Position numbers and translations under genes: made by a program | Part shown: in pieces, positions 14,001 to 27,649 of the stretch | How positions within the stretch are numbered: the stretch's first letter is position 1 | Layout: every line of letters starts with the position of its first letter | Notes under the pieces: generated by a model | The model's input: only the letters and a program-made list of their open reading frames with translations | Database searches by the model: none | Told to the model about the DNA's origin: nothing | Source: the human T2T-CHM13v2.0 reference genome, Homo sapiens | DNA length: 64,000 nt | NCBI RefSeq assembly: GCF_009914755.1 | Contig: NC_060932.1 | Direction: 5' to 3' (one strand)

Positions 14001-17000
14001 ACGGGATTGCAGGGTGGCATGGGCGGGTGGCAAGAACTCAGGGTTCCATTGAGGTAGGCAGAGAAGAGAGGCGGCGAGACTGCAGCGAATGCTTGGAGCC
14101 TTCCAAAAAGGCTTCTCTCATCCCAGAAGATCCCAGGACTGTCTTGGGCGTGTTGTAAAGCTTCAGGTTTTGAAGCAGGGTGCCTATGTCTTTAGCAGAA
14201 GGCCACCACTAGCGAAAACGGGGCCTCAGGGTGGCCTGGGCAAAAGGCATAAACTCAGGATGACCTTGAGGAAGCCAGAAAGGGAAGCAGCAAGACTGCA
14301 GCTTATGCTGGGAGCCTCCCATCCCAGAAACCTGCAGCACTGTCCTGGGAGGGCTGTAAAGCCCCAGGCTTTGGAACCGGGCACATGTGTCTCGCAAAAG
14401 GCCCCAACAAGTGGAAACAGGACTGCAGGGTGGCATGTGGAGGTTGCAGCGACAAACGCGGACATTGAGACAGGCAGAGGGGAGAAGAGGTGAGACCACA
14501 GGAAATGCTGGGAGCCTCCCAAGGAGGCCTCTTCTGTCCCAGCAGCCCTCAAGGCTGTCCCAGGTGGGCTGTAATACTCCAACCTTTGGAGCAGGGTGCA
14601 TGTGTCTCTAATGAAAGACCCCCAAAAGAGAACGGGGTGGCAAGGTGGCATTCATAGGCCACAGAAACTCAAGGATAGGTTGAGGCAGGCAGAAAGGAGA
14701 AGCGGCAAGACCACAGGGAATACTGGGAGCCTCCCAAGGAGGCCACTCCTATCAGAGAAGTCCCCAGGACTGTCCCAGTCAAGCTGTAATGCTTCAGGTT
14801 TTGAAGTGAGGTGACTTTGTCTTTAGCGGAAGGCACCCACTAGCAAAAATGTGGCCGCAGTGTGGGTTTGAGGGCCACAGGGACTCAGGGGGAAGTTAAG
14901 ACAGGCAGAGGGGAGAAGCGGCGAGACCGCTGTGTAGGCTGGGAGCTTTACAGCTCCCAAAGAGGCCTTTTTCATCCCAGAATCTTCCAGGACTGTCCCG
15001 GACTTGGTGGTCTTGAAACAGCATGCCAATGTCTCTAGCAGAAGGCTCCCACAAGAGAAAACGGGCCAGCAGTGTGGCGTAAGCAGGCCGCAGGGACTCA
15101 GTGGGACATTGAGACTGGCAGAGGGGAGAAGCGACGAGACCGCAGGGAGTGCTGGGAGCTTCCCAAGAAGGCCTCTCTTATCCCTGGACCCCCAGGTGTT
15201 TCCTATGCAGATTGTAAAGCTCCAGGCTTTGGAGCAGAGTGACTTTGTTTTTCATAAAAGCCCAAACAAGCAAAAACAGGGCCGCCAGGTGACATGGCGG
15301 GCCACAGGGTAACAACGTTGGTGGGCCTCAGGGACTCAAGGTGATCTTGAGGCAGGCAGAGGGGAGAAGCTGTGACACCACAGGAAATGCTGGAAGCCTC
15401 CCAAGGAGGAGGACTCTCGCATTTCAGAAGCCCCCTGGTCTGTCCTGGAGTGTGTAAAACTCTAGGTTTTGCAGCAGGATGCCTGTGTCTCTAGCGGAAG
15501 GCCCCCCCACCCCCGCCCCAGCAAAAATGGGGCAGTAGCGTGGCATGTGCGGGCTGCAGGGACTCAGGGGGACATTGAGCCATGCAGAGGGGAGAAACGT
15601 CGAGACTGCAGGGAATGCTGGGAGCATCACAAGGAAGCCTCTCCTATCCCAGAAGCCCTCAGGGCTATCCCTAGCATGCAGTAAAGCCCTAGGCTTTGGA
15701 GCAGGTTGCCTATGTCTCTCGCGTGAAGACCCCATGAGCGAAAACAAGGCAGTAGAGTGGCGTGGGCAAGCCGCAGGGACTCAGGGGTACATTGAGGCAG
15801 AGAGAGGGGAGACCCGGTGACACTGCAGGGAGCCTCCTTAAAAGGTCTCTGCCATCCCAGAAGCCCCCAGGGCTGTCTGGGGCAGGCTGTAAAGCACCAG
15901 GCTTTGGAGCAGCGTGGCTGTGTCTCTCGCAGAAAGCCTCAACAAGCAAAAACAGGGCTGCAGGGTAACATGGGTAAGTCATAGAACCTTACCGGGACGT
16001 TGAGGCTGGCAAAGGGAAAAAATAATGAGGCCGTACGGAATGCAGGGAGCCTCCCCTGGAGGACTCTCCAATACTAGAAGCTTCGTGGCCTGTCCAGGGT
16101 GGGCTGTAAAACTCCAGGCTTTGGAGCAGGGTACCTGTGTCTCTCTTGGAAGGCTCCCACAAGCCAAAACGGGGCCACAGTGAGGCGTGGGCGGGCCACA
16201 TGGGCTCAGTGGAACATTGCTACAGGCAGAGGGGAGAAGTGGAGATATCCCAGGGAATACTGGGAGCCTCCCAAGGAGACCTCTCCCATTCCAGAAGCCC
16301 CCAGGACTGTCCTGGTCGCACTGTAATGCTTCAGGTTTTGCAACAGAGTGCCTGTGTCTCTAGTAAAAGGCTCCCACAAGCGAGAAAAGGGTCACAGTGT
16401 GGCCTGGGTGGGCAGAGGGGACTCAAAGGGACATTGAGACCGGCCCAGGAGAGAAGCAGCGAACCGCAGGGTAGGCTGGGAGCCTCCCAAAGAGGCCTCT
16501 TTCATCCCAGAAGCCTCCAGGGCTGTCCCGGGCAGGCTGTAAAGACCCAGGCTTCGAAGCAGTGTGCCTATGTCTCTCGCAGAAGGCCCCCACATACAAA
16601 TTGGTGCCACAGGGTGGCGAGGGAGGATCGCAGTTACTCAGGGGGACGTTGAGGCTGGCAGAGGAGAGAAGCGGTGAGACTGCAGAAAATTCTGGGAGCG
16701 TTTCAAAGAGGCCTCTCCCATCCTAGAAGCTCCCAGGTGTGTGTCGGGCGGGCTTTAAAGACCCTGGCTTCAGAGCAGGATACCTGCGTCTCTCGCAAAA
16801 GGCTCCAACAAGCGAAAATAAGGCCACAGGGTGGCATTGGGGGGCCTGTAGGGACTCAGGGCACGTTGAGGAAGGCCGAAGGGAGAAGCGAAGATACCGC
16901 AAGGAAGCCTCCCAAGAAGGCCTCTCTCACCCCAGAAGCCCCCAGAGCTGTCCGGGACAAGCTGTAATGCCCCATGCTTTGGAGCTTGGTGCCCGTTTCT

Positions 17001-20000
17001 CTCGCGGAAGACCCCTACAAGAGAAAATAGGGCAGCTGTGTGGCGTGGGCCAGATGAAGGGACTCAGGGAGAGGCTGATACAGGCAGAGTTGAGAATTGG
17101 AGAGACTGCAGGGAATGCTGGGCACCTCCCAAGGGGACCTCTTTCATCTCAGAAGCCCCCAGATCTGTTTCAGACGGGCTGTAACTTGCCAGGCTTTGGA
17201 GCAGGGATCCTGTGTCTCTTGCGGAAGGCCCCTACATGCGAAAACGGGGCCGCAGGATGGCGTGTGAGGCCGGCACGCACTCAGGGTAACTTTGAGACAG
17301 GAAAAGGGGAGAAGCAGTGAGACCACAGGGAATGCTGGGAGCCTCCCAAGAAAGGCTCTCCCATTCAGAAGCTCCCAGGACTGTCCCAGGCGTGCTGTAA
17401 AGTTTCAGGTTTTGAAGAAGGGTGCATGGGTCTCTAGCGGAAGCTCCCCATCGTGAAATCAGTGCGGTAGAGTGGCATGGGCAGCAGCAGGGACTCAGGG
17501 TGACGTTGAGCCAGTCAGAGAAAAACATCGTCGAGATAGCAGGGAATGCTGGGGGGCCTCTTAAGGAGACCTTGCCCATCCCAGAAGCCCCAAGGTCTGT
17601 CCCAGGTGGGCTGTAAAGCCCCAGGCTTTGGAGCAGGGTGCCTGTGTTTCTCGCAAAAGGCCTCTACAGGCGAAAACAAGGCCGAAGGGTTGGTTGCGTT
17701 TGCAAGAAGCAGGGCAACATGGGCAGGCCGTGGAATCTCAGGGGGACGCTGAGGCAAGCAGAGAGGGGACACGGCGAGACCACAGGGAATGCTGGGAGCC
17801 TCCAAAAAAGGCCTCTCCCATCGCTGAAGCCAACAGATCTGTCCCAGGCGGGCTGTGAAGCAGCAGGCTTTGGAGCAGGATGCCTGTGTCTCTTGAGGAA
17901 GGCCTCCACAAGCAAAAATGGAGCCACAGGGTGGTGTGGAAGGGCCACAGGTACTAAGGGGGGCATTGAGGTAGGCAGAATTAAGAAGCATTGAGAAAAC
18001 AGGGAATTCTGGGAGCCTCCCATGGAAGCCTCTCCCATCCCGGAAGTCCCCTGGGCTGTCCTGGGCTGGCTGTAAAGCCCTAGCCTATAGAGAAGGGTGC
18101 CTGTCTCTCTCGAGGAAGGTTCCCACAAGAGAAAACAGAGCCGCAGTGTGGCGTGGGTGGGCCGCCGGGACTCAGGGGGACATTAAGACAGGAAGAAGGG
18201 AGAAGCAGCGAGACCGCAGGGAATACTGGGAGCCTCACATGGACGCATCTCCCATCCTAGAAGTCCACAGGGCTGTCCCGGGCGGGCTGTAAAGTCCCAG
18301 ACTTCGAAGCAGGATGTCTGTGTCTCTAGTGGAGGACCCCCACTAGCTAAAACAAGGCCACAGGGTGGCGTGGGTGGGCGGCAGGTACTCAAGGTGACAT
18401 TGAGGCAGTTAGAGGGAAGAAACTGCAAGACCGCAGGGAATGTTGGAGCCTCACAAGGAGGCCTCTCCCATCCCAGAAGCCCCAAGGACTTTCCCGGGGG
18501 TGGTGATGTAAAGATTCAGATTTTGAAGCAGGGTGCCTGTGTCTGTAGCGGAAGGCCCCACTAGCGAAAACGGGACCATAGGGTGGCGTGGGCATGCCGC
18601 AGGGACTCAGGGGGACATTGATCCCGGCAAAGGGGAGAAGAGTCGAGACTGCAGGAAATTCTGGGACCTCCCAAGGATGGCTCTCCCATCCCAGAAGTCC
18701 CCAGGCTGTTCTGGGAGTGATGTAAAGCCCAAGCCTTTGGAACAGGGTGCCTGTGTCTCTCCTGAGAGGCTCCCACAAGCAAAAACGGGGCCACAGTGTG
18801 GCGTGGGCCGGCCACAGGGACTCAGGGGGACACTGACACAGGCACAGGGAAGAAGTGGCGAGACTGCAGGGAATGCTGGGAGCCTCCCTTGGAAACATCT
18901 CTCATCCCAGAAGACCCCAGGGCTGCCCCAGGAGTGCTGTAAAACCCAAGGCTTTGGAGCAGGGTGCCTGTGTCTCTCACGGAAGGCCCCCATATGCAAA
19001 AATGGGGCCGCAGCATGGGGTGCGCCAGCCGCAGGGACTCATGGGGATGTTGAGGCAGCAGAGAAAAGAATCGTTGAGAACGCAGGGAATGCTGGGAGAT
19101 TCCCAAGGAGGTCTACCCATCCCAGAAGCCCCCAGGGGTGTCCCGGGCAGGCTATAAAGCCTGAGGCTTCAGAGCAGGGTGACTCTGTCTCTCTTGGAAG
19201 TCCCCTACAAGCGAAAACAGGGCCACAGGCTGGCGTGGGTAGGTTGCGGGGACTCAGGGTGACCTTCAGGCAGGCAAGGGGGGAAACGACCACAGAGAAT
19301 GCTGGGAGCCTGCTAATGAGGACTCTCCCATCCCTGAATACCCCAGGACTGTACTGGGCAGGTTGTAAAGCCCCAGGCTTTGGAGTAGGGTGCTTATGTC
19401 TCTCTCCAAAGGCCCTCTCAAGAGAAAACATGGCTTCAGAGTGGCATGGGTGGGCCGCAGGGTGGCGTGGGAGGGCCACAGGGACTTTGAGGCAGGAAGA
19501 GGGAAGCTGCGAGACCACAGGGAATGCTGGTAGCCTCCCAAGTATAACTCTCTTATCCTAGGAACCCCCAGGGCTGTACTGGATGGGCTGTAATGCCGCA
19601 GGATTTGGAGCACGGTGCATGTATCTTGTGGAAGACCCCCAAAAGAGACAACGGGGCAGCAGGGTGGCATAGGCGGGCCTCAGGGACTCAGGGAGACGTT
19701 GAAAATGCTGGGAGCCTCCCAAAGTGGTCTCTCCCATCCCATACGCCACCAGGGCTGACCTAAGCGGGCTGTAATGCATCAGCCTTTGGAGCAAGGTGGC
19801 AGTGTCTCTGGCAGAAGGCCCCCACCACCAAAAATGGGGCCGTAGGAAGGCCTGGCAGGCCGCAGGAACTCAGGGGATGGTTCGTGCAGACAAAGGGGAG
19901 AAGCGGTGACAAAAGAGGAAATGCTGCGAGCTTCCCAATGAGGCCTCTTCCATCCCAGAAGCCCCCATGGCTACTCTGGGCAGGCTGTACAACCCCAGGC

Positions 20001-20713
20001 TTTGGAGCTGGGTGCCTGTGTCTCTCTCGGAAAGCCCCCACAAGCACAAATGGGGCCATAGGGTGCCGTAGGAGGGGTGCAGAAACTCAGTGATACATTG
20101 AGGCAGGCAGAGGGGAGACGCAGCGAGACCGCAGGGAATTCTGGGAGCCTACCTTAAAGTCCTCTCCCATCCCAGAAGTCCCCAGGGATGTCCTGGACAT
20201 GCTATAATGCTCCAGGCTTTGGAAAAGTGTGCCTATGTTTCTCTTGGAAGACTTCCAAAAGAAACAACCGGGTAGCAGGGTGGCATGGGGGGGCTGCAGA
20301 GACTCAAAGGGAGGTTGAGGCAGGCAGAGGGGAGAAGTTTAGAGACCACAGGGAATGCCTGGAGTTTCCCAAAAAGGCCTCTCACATTTCAGAAACCCCC
20401 AGGACTGTCCCAGGCATGCTGTAATGCTTCAGGTTTTGAAGCAGGGTGTCTTTGTCTGTAGCAGAAGGTTTCCACTAGCGAAAATGGGGCCGTAGTGTGG
20501 CGTGGGTGGGCCACAGGATGAAGTGCGCAGGCCGCAAGATCCAGGGGGATGTTGAGGCAGACAGATGTCAGAAGCAGCGAGACTGCAGAGAATACTGGGA
20601 GCCCGGCAAGGAGGCATCTCTTATTTCAGAAGTCCCCAGGGCTGTCCCGGGAAGGATCTAATTCCCCAGTCTTTGGATCATGGTGCCTATGTCTCTTGCA
20701 GAAGACCACCCAC

Positions 20714-20730
20714 AAAAAAAAAAAAAAAAA
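20714..20730 (+). repeat. (A)17 mononucleotide tract inside a monomer
   Basis: Counted directly; replaces the A-rich AAAAGAGACAAC/AAGCAAAAAC segment of the monomer. Confidence 0.9.
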
Positions 20731-21749
20731 GGGCAGCCAGGTGGTGTGGGAGCAACGCAAAGACTCAGGGGGACGTTGAGGCAGGCAGAGAGGAGAAGAC
20801 GTGAGACCACAGGGAATACTGGGAGCCTCCCAAGGACGCCTCTCCCATCACAGAAACATGAAGGAGTGTCCCAGGCGTGCTGTAATCTTTCAGTTTGTGA
20901 AGCAGTGTGCCTGTATCTGTAGAGGAAGGCTCCCACAAGCGAAAGCGGGGCCTCAGTGTGGCGTGGGTGGGCCGCAGGGACTCAAGGGGATGTTGAGACC
21001 GGCAGAGGGGAGAAGTGGCAAGACCGCAGGCAATACTAGGCGCTTCCCAAGGAAGCCTCTCCCATCCCAGAAGCTCCCGGGGTTGTCCCGTGCCCATTGT
21101 AAAGCCCTAGGCTTTGGAGCAGGAAGCCTGTGTCTCTAATGGAAGGCCCCCACAAGCAAAACCAGGGTTGTAAGGGGGCCTCGGGGACCCACAAGGACTC
21201 AGGGGAACGTTGAGGCAGGCAGAGGGGAGAAGCGTCAAGACCGTTGGGAATGCTGGTAGCCTACCCTGGAGGCCTATCCCATCCCAGAAGCCCCCAAGGC
21301 TGTGCTGGGCAGACTGTAAAGCCCCAGGCTTTGGAGCAGGGTGCCTGTGTCTCTCGTGGAAGACCCCCAAAGAGAAAATGGGGCTGCATGGTGACATGGG
21401 TGGGCAGCACAGCCTCAAAGACACATTGACACAGGCAGAGGGAATAAGCGGCGAGACGGCAGGGAATGCTGGGAGGGTCACAAGGAGGCCTTTCCCATCC
21501 CGGAAGCACCCAGGTCTGTCCCGGACGGGCTCTAGTGCCCCAGTCTTTAAAGCAGAGTGCCTGTGTCACTCGTGGAAGGCCCCCACAAAAGAAAACAAGG
21601 AGGCAGGATGGCCTGGGTGAGCCGCAGGTAGTCAGGAGAACGTTGTGGCAGGCACAGCGAAGAAGCAGCCAGACCACAGGGAATGACTGGAGTGTCCCAT
21701 GGATGTCTCTTCCATTTCAGAAGCCCCAAGGCTGTCCTAAGCGGGATGT

Positions 21750-22080
21750 AAAGCTTCAGGCTGTGGAGCAGGGTGCTTGTGTTTCTCGTGGAAGACCCCT
21801 AAAACAGACAACGAGGTGGCTGGGTGGCGTGGGCTGGTCGCAGGGCTCAGGGAGACATTAAGGCAGGAAGAGGGGAAAAGTGGCGAGATCCCAGGGAGTG
21901 CTGGGAGCCTCCCCAGGAGGTCTCTTTCATTGCAGAAGCCACCAGTTCTGTCCGGAGCGGGTTGTAGGGCCCCAGGCTTTGGAGCATGGTGCCTGTGTCT
22001 CTCACAGAAGGCCCCCACAAGTGAAAACGGGGCTTCAGGGTGGCCTGGATGAGCCACAGGGACTCAGGGTAACATTGAGG
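21750..22080 (+). repeat. Internal duplication D, copy 1 (paralog of ~26670-27000)
   Basis: Shared rare variants at 4915-bp offset: AGGCTGTGGAGCAG, GGTTGTAGGG 21960/26875, CTGGATGAGCC 22045/26960. Confidence 0.7.
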
Positions 22081-23249
22081 CAGGCAAAAAGGAGAAGCAA
22101 TGAGAAAGCAGGGAATGCTGGGAGCCTCTTAAGGAGGACTCTCCCATCCCAGAAGCCCTCAGGACTGCCCCGGGCATTGCTGTAAACCTTCAGGTTTTCA
22201 AACAGTGTGCCTGTGTCTCCAGCGGAAGGCCCCCACCAGCGAAATTGGTGCCACAGGGTGGTGTGGACAGATGCAGGAACTCAGCATGACGTTGAGGCAG
22301 GCAGAAGGGAAAGCGGCAAGACCACATGGAATGCTGGGAGTCATACATGGAAGCCTCTCCCATCCCAGAACCCCCCAGGACAGTCCCAGGCGGGGTGTAA
22401 AGCCACAGGCTTTGCTGAAGGGTGCTTGCATCTCTGGCCGAAGGCCCCACTAGCGAAAATGGGCCTGCAGGGTGGCGTGGGCAGGTGGCACCAACTCAGG
22501 GTGATGTTGAGGCAGGCAGAGGAGGAAACGGCGATACTGCAGTGAATGCTGGGAGCCTCCTAAGGAAGACTTTCTGAAACCAGAATCTCTCAGGGCTGTT
22601 CCAGGTGGGCTGTAAAGCCCCAAGTTTTGGAGCAGGGTGGCTGTGTCTCTTATAAAGGGCTCCCAAAAGCAAAAATAGGGCCACAGGGGGAAGTGGGAGG
22701 GCTGAAGGGTGGCGTGCATGGGCCACAGGGACTTAGTGTGACATTGAGGCAGGCAGAGGGGAGAAGCAGTGGGACTGCAGGGAATGCTGGGAGCCTCCCA
22801 AGGAGACCTATCCCATCCCAGAAGCCCCCAGGGATGTCCCGGACATGCTATAATACCCCAGGCTTTGGAAGAGGGTGCCTGTGTCTCTCACGGAAGACCT
22901 CCAAAAGAGACAACAAGGACACAGGGTTGCGTGGGCGGTCCACAGAAATGCAGAAAGACGTTGAGGCAGACAGAGGGGAGAAGCCACAAGACAGCAGGGA
23001 ATGCTGGGATCCCCCCAACAAGGCCTCTCCCATCCCAGAAGCCACTAAGGCTGTCCTGGGTGGGTTGTAAAGCCCCAGGCTTTAAAGCAGGGTGCCTGTG
23101 TCTCTCGCAGAAGGCTTCCACTTTCACAAGCAAAAATGGGACCACAGGGTGGCGTGGGCTGGTGGCAGGGACTCAGGGTGACATTGAGGCAGGCAGAAAA
23201 AAGAATCTGCGAGACCGCAGGGAATGCTGGGAACCTCTGAAGGAGGCCT

Positions 23250-25230
23250 TTCCCATTCCCGAAGCCCACGTGACTGATGCAGGCATGCTGTAAAGTTTCA
23301 GGTTTTGAAGCTGGGTGCCTCTGTCTCTAGCAAACAACCCCCACTAGCGAAAACGGGGCCGTAAGGTGACATGGGCAGGCCGCAGGGACTCATGGGGACA
23401 TTCAGCCGTGCAGAGGGGAGAAGCGTCGAGATCGCAGGAAATGCTGGGAGCATCCCAAGGAGGCCTCTCCCATCCCAGAAGCCCTCAGTGCTTTCTCAGG
23501 CTTGCTGTAAATCCCAAGGCTTTGGAGCAGGGTGCCCGTGACTTTCACGGAAAGCCCCCACAAGCGAAAACAAGGCCGTACTGTGGCATAAGCAAGCAGC
23601 AGGAAGTCAGGGTGCCATTGAGGCAGACAGAGGGGAGAGGTGGCGACATCGCAGGGAATGCTGGGAGCCTCCCTAAAAGGCCTCTTCCATCCCAGAAGCT
23701 CGTAGGGCTGTCCCAGGCAGGCTGTAATGCACCAGGCTTTAAAGCAGTTGCCTGTGTCTTTCGTGGAAGGCCTCCACAAGCAAAAACGGGGCTTCATGGT
23801 GGCATGGGCAAGCCCTAGAGACTCATGGGGACGTAGAGGCAGGCAGAGCGAAGAAGCGGCGAGACCGCAGGGAATGCTGGAGGCCTCTCGCATCCCAGAA
23901 GCCCCCTGGGCTGTCCCAAGCAAGCTGTAAAGCCTCAGGCTTTGGAGCAGTGCCTGCGTCTCTCGCGGAAGGCTCTCACAAGCAAAAACAGGGAAGTCGT
24001 GTGGCATGGGCAGGCTGCTCGGACTCAGGGGGACATTAAGGCAGGCAAAGGGGAGAAGCGCCAAGACAGCAGGGAATGCTGGGAGCCTCCCAAAGAGGCC
24101 ACTCCCATCACAGAATTCCCCAAGTCTGTCCCGGGTGGGCTTTAAAGCCCCAGGCTTTGGAGCAGGGTGACTGTGTCTCTTGCTGAAGACTCCCACAGGT
24201 GAAAACGGGTCGGCAGGGGGGCGTGGGCGGGCGGCGGAAACTCAGGGTGACGTTGAGACAGGCAGAGGGGAGAAGTGGCAAGTTCTCAGGGAATAGGGGG
24301 AGTCTCCCAAGGAGGCCTCTCCCATTTCAGAAGTCCCCAAGACTTTCCTCGGTGTGCTGTAAAACTTCAGGCTTTGAAGCAGGGTACCTGTGTCTCTAGC
24401 GGAAGGTTCCCAGTAACGAAAACGGGGCCATAGGGTGGCCTGGGTGGCCCACAGGGACTCAGGGGGACATACAGCCATGCAGAGGGGAGAAGGGTCGAGA
24501 CCACAGGGAATGCTGAAAGCATCCCAAGAAGGCCTCACCCATCCCAGAAGCCATCAGGGCTGTCCCAGGAGTGCTGTAAAGCCCCAGCTTTAAAGCAGAA
24601 TACCTGGGTCGCTCCCCTTAAGCGCCCAAAAGTGAAAACTCGGCTGTAGGGTGGCATGGCCAAGCCTCAGGGACTCAGGGAGATGTTGAGGCAGACAGAC
24701 GGGAGACCTGGAGACACGGCAGGGAATGCTGGGAGCCTCCCTAAAAGGCCTCTCTCATCCCAGAAGCCCCCAGAACTGTCCCAGGTGGGTTGTAAATCAC
24801 CGGGCTTTGGATCAGCGTTCCTGTGTCTCTCGCAGAAACTCTCCACAAGCAAAAATGGGGCTGCACGGTGGCGTGGGTGGCCCATAGGGACTCACAGGGG
24901 CATTGAGGCAGGCAGAGGGAAGAAGCCGTGACACCACACGGAATGCTGGGAGCCTCCCCCTCTTGCGGAAAACTCCCACAAGCAAAAACGGGGCCGCAGT
25001 GTGGCGTGGGCGGGCCACAGGAACTCATGGGGACGTTGAGACAGGCAGAGGGGAGAAGCAGTGAGACCGCAGGGAATGCTGGGATCCCTCCCATGGAGGC
25101 CTCTCCCATTCCAGAAAACCTCAGGGCTGTCCCATGCGCTCGGTAAAGCCCCAGGTTTTGGACCATGGAGCCTGTGTCTTTTGCGGAATACCCCCATATG
25201 CAAAAATGGGGCCGCAGCCTGGCGTGGGTG
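23250..25230 (+). repeat. Internal duplication A, copy 1 (paralog of ~29235-31300)
   Basis: Shared non-consensus variants in the same order at ~6.0-kb offset: AAACAACC 23332/29319, TAGAGACTCATGGGGACGT 23816/29803, CATGGCCAAG 24655/30656, AGACCTGG, GGGCTTTAAAG. Confidence 0.75.
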
Positions 25231-26669
25231 GGCGGCAGGGACTCAGGGTGAAGTTGAAGCAGGCAGAGGGGAGAAGCGGCGAGACCACAAGGAATGTTGG
25301 GATAGTCCCAAGTAAGCCTCTCCCAACCAAGAAGCCTCCAGGACTGTCCCCGGTGTCCTGTAAAGCTTCAAGTTTTGAAGCAGAACACCCCCACTAGCAA
25401 AAACGAGGCGGCAGGGTGGCGTGGGTGGGCGGCAGGGACTCAGAGGGACGTTGAGGCAGGTAGAGGGGTAAGAGGTGAGACCACAGGGAATGCTGGGAGC
25501 CTCCCAAAAAGACCTCTCCAATCCCAGAAGCCCCCAGGACTGTCCCGGACAGGCTGTAACGCTCCAGGCTTTGGAGCAGGGTACCTGTGTCTCTCGAAAA
25601 TGGCCCCCAGAAGGGAAAAACGGGCCGCAGGGTGGCGTGGGCAGGCCGCAGGGACTGAAGGGGACACTGAGGCAAGGAGAGACGAGAAGCAGCAAGGCAG
25701 CTGGGAATGCTGGGAGCCTCTCAAGAAGGCCTCTCCCACCCCAGAAGCCTCCAGGGCTGTCCCTTGTGCGTTGTGAAGCCCCAGGCTTTGGAGCAGAAAG
25801 CCTGTGTCTCTCGTGGAAGTCCCCTCATGCAAAAACGGGGATGCAGAGTGGCGTGGGAGAGCTGCAAGGACTCAAGGGGAAGTCGAGGCAGGCTAGAGGA
25901 GAAGCAGTGAGACCTCAGGTACCTCAGGTAATGCTGGGAGCCTCCCAGAAAAGCCTCTCCCGTTCCAGAAGCCTCAAGGACTGTCCTGGGCGGGCTATAA
26001 AGCCTTAGGCTTTGGAGCAGTGTCCCTGTGTCTCTCGCAAAAGGCCCCCATAAGTGAAAACAGGGCGGCAGGGTGGTGTGGGCAGGCAGCAGGGTGGCGT
26101 GGGCAGGCCTCAGGGACTCAGGGGGACGTTGAGGCACAGGGTAGAAGTGACCAGACGGCAGGGAAAGCTGGGAGCCCCACAACGAGGCCTCTCTTATCCC
26201 AGAAGCCCTCAAGGCTGTCCTGGTCAGGCTGTAAAGTCCCAGGCTTTGGAACAGGGTGCCTGTGTCTCTCACGGAAGGCCCCAACCATCAAAACCTGCTC
26301 CGCAGGGTGGCGTGGGCTGGTGGCAGGGACTCAAGGGGACTTTGAGGCAGACAGAGGGGAGATGCAGCAACACCTCAGAAAATGCTGGGAGCCTCCCAAG
26401 GAGGCCGCTCCCATTTTGGAAGCCCACAGGACTATTCCGGGCATGTTGTAAAGCTTCAAGTTTTGAAGCAGGGTGCCTGTGTCTCAAGCAAAAGCCCCCC
26501 TCTAGAGAAAATTGGGCTGTAGGGTGTCGTGGGTGGGCCGTAAGGGCTCACGAGGATGTAGACAGGCAGAGAGAAGAAGTGGTGAAATCGCAGAGAATGC
26601 TGGGAGCCTCCTAAGGACGCCTCTCTGATCCCAGAGGGCCCCAGCGCCGTCCCGGACAGGTGGTAATGC

Positions 26670-27000
26670 CCCAGGCTGTGGAGCAGGGTGCCTGTGTTTC
26701 TCGCAGAAGACCCGCAAGAGAGACAACAGGGTGGCTGGGTGGCGTGGGCTGGCCGCAGGCCTGAGGGAGATATTAACGCAGGCAGAGGGGAGAAGTGGCG
26801 AGACCGCAGGGAATGCTGAGAGCCTCCCAAGGAGGCCTCTTTCATCCCAGAATCCCCCAGGTCTGTTCCGGATGGGTTGTAGGGACCCAGGCTTTGGAGC
26901 AGTGTGCCTAAGCCTCTCACAGAAGACCTACGCAAGTGAAAATGGAACTGCAGGGTGGTCTGGATGAGCCGCAGGAACTCAGGGGAACGTTGAGGCAGGC
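26670..27000 (+). repeat. Internal duplication D, copy 2
   Basis: Same anchors as copy 1. Confidence 0.7.
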
Positions 27001-27649
27001 AGAAGGGAGAAGGGCTGTGAATGTAGGAAATATTGGGAGCCACTTAAGGAGGCCTCTCCCATCCTAGAAGCCCCTAGGACTGGCCAGGGCCAGCTGTAAA
27101 GCTTCAGGTTTTGAAGCAGGTGCCGCTGTCTCTCCCAAACAATCCCCACAAGCGAAAACAGGGCTGCAGGGTGGTGTGGGAGGGCCACAGTGTGGCATGG
27201 GCAGGCCGCAGGGACTGAGGCGGACATTGAGGCAGGCAGAGGGGAGAAGCTGCGAGACCACAGAGAATGCTGGGAGGCCTCCCAAGTAGGCCTCTTTCAT
27301 CCCAGAAGAATCCAGGACTGTCCCGGACGGGATATAAGGCCTCAGACTTTGGAGCAGGGTGCCTTTGTCTCTCACGTAAGGCCCCCAAAAGTGAAAACGG
27401 GGCCACAGTGTGGCCTGGGCGAGCCACACTGACTCAGGGGAAAGTTGAGGTAGGCAGAGGGAAGAAGCGGCGAGACAGCAGGGAATGCTGGGAGCCTATT
27501 CAGGAGGCCTCTCCCATCCCAGAAACCCGCAAGGCTGTCCCAGGCTGGCTGTAAAGCCCCAGGCTTTTTAGGAGGATATCTGCGTCTCTAGCGGAAGGCC
27601 GCCGCAAGCAAAAATGGGGCCACAGGATGATGTCGGCGGGTAGCAGGGA

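Noticed and set aside
15501-15520. C-rich run GCCCCCCCACCCCCGCCCC resembling an Sp1/KLF GC-box
   Set aside because: It is a single local slippage expansion of the monomer's CCCCCAC with no promoter context.
18533-19561. Longest ORF (342 aa); also 11849-12772 (307 aa) and 40659-41480 (273 aa)
   Set aside because: The GC-rich monomer has few stop codons (mainly TGA in GTTGAGG and TAA in CTGTAAAG), so chance loss of a stop plus indels yields long frames. The protein switches between monomer reading frames, and equivalent frames are not preserved in related monomers.
20549-20936. Poly-Lys (KKKKK) NLS-like and poly-Phe stretches in ORFs
   Set aside because: They are simply translations of the A17 tract.
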